From Anaerolineae bacterium (GTDB lineage: Bacteria > Chloroflexota > Anaerolineae > S140-20): 64,000 nucleotides of DNA. Under the pieces are notes generated by a model. That model was given only the letters and a program-made list of their open reading frames with translations. It did not search any database and was not told the origin of the DNA. Position numbers and translations under genes: made by a program. This document shows, piece by piece, positions 49,489 through 57,500 of the stretch. Each line of letters opens with the position of its first letter. Position 1 is the stretch's first letter. The DNA is taken from NCBI GenBank assembly GCA_027021705.1, contig JALUTT010000073.1, positions 1 to 64,000 of the forward strand, given 5' to 3'.

Positions 49489-50017
49489 TGGTGTACCTCC
49501 TGAGTCGGATAAGCGGGGGAGGCCCGCCCAGTACGCCCTCGGTTGTTCCCGATTCTCATCCTATGGTCATCACCCCAAGTGATCCTCCCGGCCGGTACGT
49601 GGGGCTTTTGTCAATGTGCCCAGAGTCAAACCTCTCCGGTCGTTCGATCACCTCCTTTCCGACAAAAAATAAGCCCCACCATCCACGCCGTGCGTGGCCT
49701 TGGTGTGGCTCGATCTTCCCCGGCCGACCATGACCTGCCTCCCGTCAGGGTAGGGGAGCGGTGAGGGCAGCGATGCCGGAAACCGTGATCTTATGGAAGG
49801 CGATTTGCGCGATGATTTGGAAGAGAGTTGTCCTCGGAGGATAGTGTGGCGCAGAAGTGTTGGAAAACGGTAAGGAGAGTGTTGGAAATTGGTTAGAATC
49901 CCCATTGGTTACGGAGGGCCTGTGGCCGTGGCAGAAACGCTACCGGCCCCGGAATCCTCGATGCCGGGGCCGGCCCCAGACAGCACTCAACCAATCCACC
50001 AATGATGCCGCACCGCC

Positions 50018-53000
50018 TTACGGCCACCAGCGGCCTACATCTTGGATGGCCTGGAAGGTCCCGACAATGGCCTCTGGTCCGCCCAGGGCGTAGATAAGGG
50101 GGGCGAGGGCGCTCAGGTCGGAGAGGAGGTCCCGGCGGGTGCGCCGGGCGAGTGTGTGGAGCGTCTCCCGCCAGAGATCGTGGACGGCGTTTCGGTTCCG
50201 CTTTGCCCAGTTGGCCAAAGGGGAGGCCAGTGCCGAGAGCATCTTTCCCCGGGCACGGGTGTTCTCAACGTCCCGGGCGATCCTCAAAGTCTCCTTCAGG
50301 TCTTCTCTCGGGAGCATCTGCGGCAGGGAGGAGGCCAACTCTTCCAGTGCTTCGGCCTGTCTCTCAGCGTCCTTCTCCTCTCGCAGCGCGTCCAGAGCGT
50401 TCCGCAGAGCGTGTTCCTGCTCCGGCTCCGGCAGGTGGGGGATCAGACGGGCCAGAACCTGAACCCGCCGGGTCGGCCGGACGATCTCCTCCGTGGCCAT
50501 CATAGCCTCTAGGAGTGCCTGCCTCCGTAGCGCTTCCGGCGGATGGAACAAGGCCAGTTCCCGAAGTTCCTCGGCTCGCGTGGCCGCATCGGAGATCCCT
50601 CGGATCGTGGAGAGGGCCTCCAGCCAGCGGCCTTGTCCTGCCATAAGGCGTGCAATGGCCCTCAACACGCGATCGAACTGCCTCCTGGACCCATTGCCCC
50701 GAAGCGTTGGGGCAGCCCTCGCGACTTCCCATAGCATGGTCTCCCACGGGGAAAAGGCCGGTTCCTCTCCCATTTCCCAGAGTATTTGCTGCCGTAGGGC
50801 CGCAGGAAGGTAGGAGAGGTGAAGCAGTTCCCACACCACAGAGGCTTGGATCCAAGGGTCCTCAATCCCTCGTGCCGCTTCCCACGCTTCCCATAGGGCC
50901 TCTTCCCGTTGCGGAGGGGGCAGGTGGGCGGCCAACACCCGCAGAGTCTGGGCTCGCAGACTCTTGTCCTCGATCTCCCCCGCCGCCGACAGAGCTTTCT
51001 GCTGGACACCTTCTCGCAGCGTCGCCTCCGGGAAGTTGTGAGAGAGCAATCTTAGCAGGGCGTCAGCTTGCTGCCATGGGTCCTCGATCTGCGAGGCCGT
51101 TTCCACAGCTTCCTGCAGGGCCTCCTGTTGTCGTGGCTTCGACTCCTGCTGTTGTGACTCCGACTCCTGTTGTCGTGGCTCTGAGAGGTGGAGAGCCAGT
51201 TGCGCCAGCAGGTTGACCCGTAGGTAGGGGTCCTGGACGTTCCGGGTGGCTTGCCAGGCGTTCTGAAGGGCCTTTTCGCGATCCTGGGCTGAGAGATGGG
51301 GGGCAATGTCGGCCAGAGTCTGTGCCCGCCGGTACTCGTTGGTGATTTCGCGGGCTGCGGCCAGGGCCTCCTGGAGGGCCGCCCCCCGCTCCCCCCCCGC
51401 CAAGTGACGGGCCAGCTCGATCAACGTCCTGGCTTGTGCACCCCTATCCCCGATGCCCTGGACGGTTGCCAGAGCCTCTTGGAGAGCCCGCTTGCGGGGG
51501 GATGGCGGCAAGCGAGGAGCCAGTTCCAGGAGCACCTCCACCCGTGTCCGGGGGTCTCGGACCTCCCGGGCCGCCGTCAACGCCTCCCGGAGGACTTGTT
51601 GCCGTGCCGATTTCGACAAGTAGTAGGAGGTAGCCAGGTGCAAGAGCGTGCGGGCCCGAACCGGCGCGTCCCGAATCTGCCGCGCTGCGACCAGCGCTTC
51701 CGTGATGTAACCCTGTCTCGCCAGGCGCCGGACTTGGGTCTGGGGTAGCTCGACAGGCATCGTCCTTCTCCGAAGCACCGAGGCGGCTTTCTGGATCGCT
51801 TGCAAAGCTTGCTCTTCCCACTTCGGTGGGAGGTGATGGCTCAGCGCCAGGAGGGTCTCTATCCGAAGATGGGCATCTTGAATGCGCTGCGCTGCTGCCA
51901 AGGCCTCTAGACTCCGGCCCTGCTGCGCCAGACCCAATGCCCGGTCCCTGAACTCCTCATCCTGCGGGTTGCCCTCGCGGAGATCCCGGGCGGCTGCCAG
52001 CGCTTCCTCCAGGACAGGGGCGTACTGGGATGCCGGCAGATACTCGATCAGGCTGAGCAGGGCTCCGGCGCGGATCCGAGCATCCCGGATCGTTCGCGCC
52101 ACGTCCAACGCCTCGCGCAGCAGCGTCTCCGGGAGGTAGGGGGCCAGGGAGGCCAGGGCCTGAGCCCGTTGCTCCTCCCGCTCGATTCCCCGGGCGGCTG
52201 TCAGCGCTTCCCGGACGGCCCGTTCTCGCTGCTCGTCCGATACGTAAGAGCAGGAAGCAAGAGCCAGAAAAGCCTCGACCTGCTCTTTGGCATCGCGGGT
52301 ATTCCGAGCTACGGCCCAGGCTCGTGCTAATAAGCGCTGCTTCCACGTTTCGTTCGGCAGGTGGGGAACCAGATCCAACAGGGCTGCTACCTGATCTGGG
52401 CCTTTTCGGATACTCCTCACAGCCCTGCTCGCTTCGTGCCAGTCTCCCTGCTCGGCCCAGTGTCGGGCCAGCATCTTCAACACGTTATCCTCTAAGCTCT
52501 CTGTCTCCTGTACGGCCGCCTGTGCAACTTGTACCGCCTTGGCTCGCAACGCTTCCGACAGGTGAGGAAACAGGTCTGCAAGCGTCCGGATCCGTATCTC
52601 CACTCTCTCGATGTTGCTGGCTATGCTCAGGGCCTCTTCCTGCAGTGCTTCCGGCGAATGGGGAGCCAGGGTTCTGAGGATTGCGGCCTTCCATTCCTCC
52701 TCCTCAATCGCCCTCACCGTGGATAGGGCCTCCTGCCAGAGGGATTCCCGTTCCGACTCGGTTAGAGCGGGACAGGTTGCGATCTCCCGAAGTGCCTGGA
52801 TCCGATCCTCGGGCCATAGAATCCCTTGGGTGGCTTTCCGGGCTTTCTTCACGGCTTCTCCCTGTTGCCTATCTGGCAGGTGGGGAATCAGCTTTACGAG
52901 CGCTGACACGCGCTCTCGTTCGTCGGCAATCCGCGATGTTGCTTCCAACACCTCCTGCAGAGTTTGCTCCCGCTCCGGTTCGGGCATATAAGGAGCTAGG

Positions 53001-55687
53001 CCGGCGAGGGCCTTGATCCGGTCATCCCTGTCCTCAATCTGCCTGGCTATGGTCCATGCCCCTTGGAGTAAGGTCTCGTCCCTCTCGAGAGAAGGAGCCA
53101 GCCCGGCGAGGGCTTCTGCCCGGACCTCGGTCCATTCGATCTGCTGAACGACCGCTAGTGCCTTTGAGAAGAGGTCTTGGGACAGATGGGGGGCCAGCTT
53201 CACCAGTGCCTCCGCCCGTTGCCCCGCGTCCGGCGCCTGCCGGGCGTAGGCCAGCCCTTGGGCCGGAGGCCACTCCTTTTTCTCCACCAGTGCCGCCAGC
53301 AGTTGTGGGGGGATGTTCTTGGCCAGGCTGTTGAGGGAGGCAGTGATGAGGGCGTAGCGGCATTGGAGGGCGATGTCCTCACCCCTCTCCCCGGCCCCCT
53401 CCCCTCTCCCACCCGGTGAGAGAGGGGAGGGGGTGGCGGCGGCCGCTGTCGGGGGTTCTTCCACCAGCCCCCAGGCTCGCGCCACGTCGGTCAGGAAGCC
53501 GTCGGTGTCTCCCACGGCCTCCTTAGTCGCGTACCAGGCGTTCTCGTGCCGGCGGCGCTGGTGGGTCCGCTTCTGGCCCGGAAGTTGGCCAGGCCGCTCC
53601 TTCGGCCCAGGGCAGGTGTAGGGCACCTCCTCTTCATGCACCCATTCCACCCGCAACAGGCGATGCAGGTCCTCCCCCCGGCCCGCCCCTTCCAAGTGGG
53701 CCGCCAGGTGGCGCAGGCCGTAGCCGCCGTCCAGGTCCCGCCTCCCCGGCTCCCGCAGCCCCGGCAGCCCCGCCTCTAGCCCGCTCCAGGCCGCCAGGTA
53801 CCGGTCGGCGATGCGGGCGTGGGCCTGCTGCGTGGCCGCCGCCAGCTCCTCCGTCAGGCTCCGCTCCACCTCCGTCAGCCGCTCTAGGTCGGCCCGCCCG
53901 TCCAGGAACTCCCGCAGGCTGGCGTGGTAGAGGCGGTAGCGGCGGTCCCCTGCGGTGCCCTCCACGGCCAGGAAGGGCCGCCAGGCCTCCCGCAGTAACC
54001 GCTCCAGATCAGGCCGCACCTCCACCCCGGCCAGGGTGCAGAGCCGAGGGAAGGGGAGGGCCTCTTGGGCGGCGGCCAGGGTGCTCAGCAGAGGGAGGTA
54101 GTCGGTGTACCATCGGGGATCATCCCGCCACCGACTCCAGTACTGGGCGTAGTACTGCCACACGCCCTCCGGCAGGGTCGCCAGGTCCAGGGGGGAGCGC
54201 TCCCCGCGCTCGATCTCGCCCACCACGTAGTGCAGGTAGATCCACACCCCCCGGCATTTCTCCAGCAGCGCGGCCACGAACTGCTCCCGCGCATACCCCT
54301 GCTCGGCCAGGGCCCGGGCCACCCCCGACCAGGTGGCGGCCGCCTCCAGGTAGGCCCGCATATCGGCCCGGTTCTTCTCGCTCTGGGCTTCCAGGCGAAA
54401 GACCCGGCGCGGCCCCTCCACCCGCAGCGTCACCGCCACCGGCCGCTGGGAGATGATGAGGTAGACGCCTTGGGGGAGCACGCGCGGCAAGCCCAGGACG
54501 TTCTGGCCCGGCGGGGTTCCGGCCTCGTCCAGGCCGTCCACCACCAGGACGATTTGCTCTCCGGGCCGCACCTCGTCCCGCTTGCGGGCCGCCTCGAAGA
54601 GCAGGTTCAGGAGGAAGTGGGGGCGGGCTGCCGAGCCGGGCAGCACCCCCTCGGCCTGATGGGGGTCGAGCAGCCAGGCCCGCACCAATTGGGCGGCCAG
54701 GTTGCGTAGGCCGGTGGCGTCGTCACCGGGGGCCAGTTCCACGAAGTGGTGGATGTACCCCTGGGTCTTCACCAGGTGGGCCAGGAAGGTGGTCTTGCCC
54801 AACCCGGCGGCGGCTTCCAGGACGAACAGACCCCGGTCGTTATCCCGCAGGAAGGCGTCCACCTCGGCGGTCAGCCACTCCCGGCCCACGAAGCGGTCCA
54901 GCTTCACCCGCTCGAAGACGGACCAAGGGGGGATGTAGGCGTCCCGCAGCCGCTCGTAATCACCGACGAAGACCCGGTTGTGGTCGCCGGTGATGAGGAT
55001 GCTATGGATGGCCTGGCCGCCGATGGAGATGCTGCACTCACCGGAGGGTTCCTCGGGCTTCTCCGGCGGGTGCAGTTCCAGAGGCTCCGGGCACAGGGCC
55101 TGCACCGTCTCGGCGGGGATGGCGTAGGCGTAGCGTACTCTGGGAGCATCCTCTTCCTCAGGACGCCTCATATCGCGGTAACGGGTGATCATCCCGACCA
55201 CGCGCCCGGTGACGATGTCCAGCACCGGCGCGCCGCTGAGGCCCCTGTCCACTTCAGGTCCCTGGACCTGGAGTAGGCGGATGGGCCAGCCTTGCACCGG
55301 CACCAGCCCACCGATCTTCGCCTGGGGCCAGCGGGCGAGCGCAGGGCCGTCCGCCGGGTAGCCCAGGGCCTGGTAGGGATGGCCGTTGCTCCCGTGGGCC
55401 GGGCCCAAGGTGGCGGGGTGTGTTCCTTCGGGCAACACCCCAACCACCCGCAGGAAGGCCACATCCTTCTCCGGTTGCCAGCCCTTGGGGAGGACCTCGG
55501 CCTCCGCCGGTTCACCTCCAACGTGGAAGGCAAGCCGCACCCGCTTGCCCGGGCAGGCTCCGGCGGCCTCGACCACGTGCACGCAGGTCACCACCAGGTC
55601 CGGGCGCACGAGAAAGCCGGTGCCTATCGTCCGGCCCCTGGCGTTTTCGACGCGGACAACGCAAGCCTCCAGATCCGTTGCTTCCAC
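50018..55687 (-). CDS. Trypsin-like protease + STAND/NACHT-like NTPase + long helical-repeat protein (bacterial NLR-like)
   Basis: GTGF, TCVHVV, DVAFL, GLSGAPV; Walker A AAAGLGKT, Walker B VLVVDGLDE, YHAS; many EALAAAR.I...RA.AL..LAP.LP repeats. Confidence 0.88.
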   Translation of the reverse strand: MEATDLEACVVRVENARGRTIGTGFLVRPDLVVTCVHVVEAAGACPGKRVRLAFHVGGEPAEAEVLPKGWQPEKDVAFLRVVGVLPEGTHPATLGPAHGSNGHPYQALGYPADGPALARWPQAKIGGLVPVQGWPIRLLQVQGPEVDRGLSGAPVLDIVTGRVVGMITRYRDMRRPEEEDAPRVRYAYAIPAETVQALCPEPLELHPPEKPEEPSGECSISIGGQAIHSILITGDHNRVFVGDYERLRDAYIPPWSVFERVKLDRFVGREWLTAEVDAFLRDNDRGLFVLEAAAGLGKTTFLAHLVKTQGYIHHFVELAPGDDATGLRNLAAQLVRAWLLDPHQAEGVLPGSAARPHFLLNLLFEAARKRDEVRPGEQIVLVVDGLDEAGTPPGQNVLGLPRVLPQGVYLIISQRPVAVTLRVEGPRRVFRLEAQSEKNRADMRAYLEAAATWSGVARALAEQGYAREQFVAALLEKCRGVWIYLHYVVGEIERGERSPLDLATLPEGVWQYYAQYWSRWRDDPRWYTDYLPLLSTLAAAQEALPFPRLCTLAGVEVRPDLERLLREAWRPFLAVEGTAGDRRYRLYHASLREFLDGRADLERLTEVERSLTEELAAATQQAHARIADRYLAAWSGLEAGLPGLREPGRRDLDGGYGLRHLAAHLEGAGRGEDLHRLLRVEWVHEEEVPYTCPGPKERPGQLPGQKRTHQRRRHENAWYATKEAVGDTDGFLTDVARAWGLVEEPPTAAAATPSPLSPGGRGEGAGERGEDIALQCRYALITASLNSLAKNIPPQLLAALVEKKEWPPAQGLAYARQAPDAGQRAEALVKLAPHLSQDLFSKALAVVQQIEWTEVRAEALAGLAPSLERDETLLQGAWTIARQIEDRDDRIKALAGLAPYMPEPEREQTLQEVLEATSRIADERERVSALVKLIPHLPDRQQGEAVKKARKATQGILWPEDRIQALREIATCPALTESERESLWQEALSTVRAIEEEEWKAAILRTLAPHSPEALQEEALSIASNIERVEIRIRTLADLFPHLSEALRAKAVQVAQAAVQETESLEDNVLKMLARHWAEQGDWHEASRAVRSIRKGPDQVAALLDLVPHLPNETWKQRLLARAWAVARNTRDAKEQVEAFLALASCSYVSDEQRERAVREALTAARGIEREEQRAQALASLAPYLPETLLREALDVARTIRDARIRAGALLSLIEYLPASQYAPVLEEALAAARDLREGNPQDEEFRDRALGLAQQGRSLEALAAAQRIQDAHLRIETLLALSHHLPPKWEEQALQAIQKAASVLRRRTMPVELPQTQVRRLARQGYITEALVAARQIRDAPVRARTLLHLATSYYLSKSARQQVLREALTAAREVRDPRTRVEVLLELAPRLPPSPRKRALQEALATVQGIGDRGAQARTLIELARHLAGGERGAALQEALAAAREITNEYRRAQTLADIAPHLSAQDREKALQNAWQATRNVQDPYLRVNLLAQLALHLSEPRQQESESQQQESKPRQQEALQEAVETASQIEDPWQQADALLRLLSHNFPEATLREGVQQKALSAAGEIEDKSLRAQTLRVLAAHLPPPQREEALWEAWEAARGIEDPWIQASVVWELLHLSYLPAALRQQILWEMGEEPAFSPWETMLWEVARAAPTLRGNGSRRQFDRVLRAIARLMAGQGRWLEALSTIRGISDAATRAEELRELALFHPPEALRRQALLEAMMATEEIVRPTRRVQVLARLIPHLPEPEQEHALRNALDALREEKDAERQAEALEELASSLPQMLPREDLKETLRIARDVENTRARGKMLSALASPLANWAKRNRNAVHDLWRETLHTLARRTRRDLLSDLSALAPLIYALGGPEAIVGTFQAIQDVGRWWP

Positions 55688-55913
55688 CGCTCAACCCTAT
55701 CCCTTGTTTTGTCCGTGCTGTCTCAAAAGCATTGATGAGCTTATGCCGCATTTGCGCAATGATCGGCTCCTCATCTGCTCCAGATCATCGGAGAACACCG
55801 CGCCTTTTGGGGGAGGGAGGAGGATGTGGGCAACTAAGCTGACGGACAAGGGGCTCTTTCCAGGAATGCCTTCCCGCGCATCCTGGATGGCGCCATCACT
55901 CCTGTCATCGGCC

Positions 55914-55942
55914 ATTGTATGACAACTGGTCAGAAAAGTCAA
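55914..55942 (-). promoter_or_regulatory. Promoter of the protease-STAND gene
   Basis: Minus-strand TTGACT-17 nt-TACAAT. Confidence 0.7.
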
Positions 55943-56028
55943 GGAATTTACGCAACAACACAGTACAAATCCCCCAAGATACGCGATGCGCAATACGTGT
56001 CACACAATGCGACGCGACACGATTTCCC

Positions 56029-56183
56029 CGGTGATTACCCATATCTTTGGAGATAGGGAAACGAGCCGTCCACGAATGGGGCACGAATACACGAATCAAG
56101 GACCGCCTCATTCGTGCATTTGTGAGAAATTCGTGGACGGCCTGCTACGGACCACTCTCTCGCTCCCTTGTGGGTAATCACCG
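56029..56183 (+). mobile_element. MITE-A copy 4 (155 bp)
   Basis: Perfect 13-bp TIR CGGTGATTACCCA; perfect 9-bp TSD CGATTTCCC at 56020-56028 and 56184-56192. Confidence 0.93.
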
Positions 56184-56194
56184 CGATTTCCCTC

Positions 56195-56223
56195 TTGACA
56201 CAGAACAAATGTTCTGGTATCAT
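56195..56223 (+). promoter_or_regulatory. Promoter with a LexA/SOS box in the -35/-10 spacer
   Basis: TTGACA-17 nt-TATCAT; CAGAACA-AA-TGTTCTG (GAAC-N4-GTTC) at 56201-56216. Confidence 0.82.
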
Positions 56224-56285
56224 GTAGCCAGCCCCTTCCACCGCGTGACAGGCAACCCGCCATACGCATCGCCCGAGGTGTTCCG

Positions 56286-57311
56286 ATGGCCCGCAAGACC
56301 AACCGTCAGCTCCTAGAGCTCCAGGCCGATCGCATCGAGATGGTCCTGGCCCGGCACAGGGCTCCCGCTCGCGTCGCCGGCGGTGTCGTCACCCCCCGCT
56401 GGGTCCGCTTCCACCTGCTCCCCGCCCTGGGGACCTCCCTGGCCCGCATCAAGCGCCTCTCCGAGGAGCTGGCTCTCGCCCTGGGTGCCCCCGCCTGCCG
56501 CATCAGTCGCCGGGGAGAGCAGTTGGCCCTGGAGGTTCCCCGTCCCGACCCCCAGCCGGTGCGGCTGCTCCCTTTGCTCCGCTCCCTGGCCCCCCTCCCC
56601 TTTGGCACGGCCCTGCTGGGGCTGGCCGAGGATGGCGCTCCCCTGCTGCTCCGCTTCCCCTCCCCCGACGTGACCCACGTCCTGGTGGCCGGCACCACGG
56701 GGTCGGGCAAGACGGCCCTCCTGCGGACCATCATCCTCTCCCTGGCCCTGAGCCACCGGCCCCGCGAGTGGGGCTTCGTCTTGGTAGATCCGAAGGGCCG
56801 GGCCTTCGAGGGGCTGGCGGGGCTGCCCCACCTGGTGAGGCCCATCATTCGGGAGGTGGACGACGCCCAGAGCGTGCTGGAGGAGGTGGTCGAGCTGATG
56901 GAGCGGCGAGATCGGGAAGGGGTGGCGGAGCCCCGGCTGCTGGTCGTGGTGGACGAACTGGCGGACCTGCTGCTGGTGGGGAGACGGGGAGGGAGGGGAC
57001 AGCCATCGGTGTTGCCCCTCCTGGTGCGGCTGGCCCAGCGAGGACGGGAGGCCGGGGTACACCTGCTGGTGGCGACCCAGAAACCGTCGGCGGCGGTGGT
57101 GGGGACGCTGTTGCGGGCCAACTTCCCGGTGCGGCTGGTAGGACGGGTGGCAAGCTCGGAGGATGCGCGGGTGGCGGCGGGGCGCGGGGGCACCGGGGCG
57201 GAGCGGTTGCTGGGACGGGGGGACTTCCTGGCGGTGGCAGGCGGGCAGGTGGTGCGCTTCCAGGCAGCCTACGTAGGGCAGGACGAGATTCGCCGGTTCG
57301 GAGGTGCGTGA
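56286..57311 (+). CDS. FtsK/SpoIIIE-domain ATPase, motor only (no TM anchor or gamma domain)
   Basis: HVLVAGTTGSGKT, LVDPKG, VVVDELADL, RLAQRGREAGVHLLVATQKP, AERLLGRGD. Confidence 0.9.
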   Translation: MARKTNRQLLELQADRIEMVLARHRAPARVAGGVVTPRWVRFHLLPALGTSLARIKRLSEELALALGAPACRISRRGEQLALEVPRPDPQPVRLLPLLRSLAPLPFGTALLGLAEDGAPLLLRFPSPDVTHVLVAGTTGSGKTALLRTIILSLALSHRPREWGFVLVDPKGRAFEGLAGLPHLVRPIIREVDDAQSVLEEVVELMERRDREGVAEPRLLVVVDELADLLLVGRRGGRGQPSVLPLLVRLAQRGREAGVHLLVATQKPSAAVVGTLLRANFPVRLVGRVASSEDARVAAGRGGTGAERLLGRGDFLAVAGGQVVRFQAAYVGQDEIRRFGGA

Positions 57312-57364
57312 TGAGCATCCTGGGCACGCCACGCAATGCGCCTGGCGCGACTGGAATAGGAGGC

Positions 57365-57486
57365 GTAACTGTTCACCCTCCCGCAGGCTGGGCGCGTTTC
57401 CGACGCGAAACCGTGCTTCAAATAGCCCATCGGGGCTGCAAGCGCCCTCGACCGGTGACCTGCGGGAGGGTAGGCTGAATAGATAC
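57365..57486 (+). mobile_element. MITE-B copy 4, inserted into a ribosome-binding site
   Basis: GTAACTGTTCA...TGAATAGATAC; TAGGAGGC at 57357-57364 and GAGGAGGC at 57487-57494. Confidence 0.87.
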
Positions 57487-57500
57487 GAGGAGGCGGTGCG

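Noticed and set aside
56286..57311. Calling this gene the canonical cell-division ftsK or part of an intact ICE
   Set aside because: It lacks TM and gamma domains, and no integrase, relaxase or att repeats are visible nearby.
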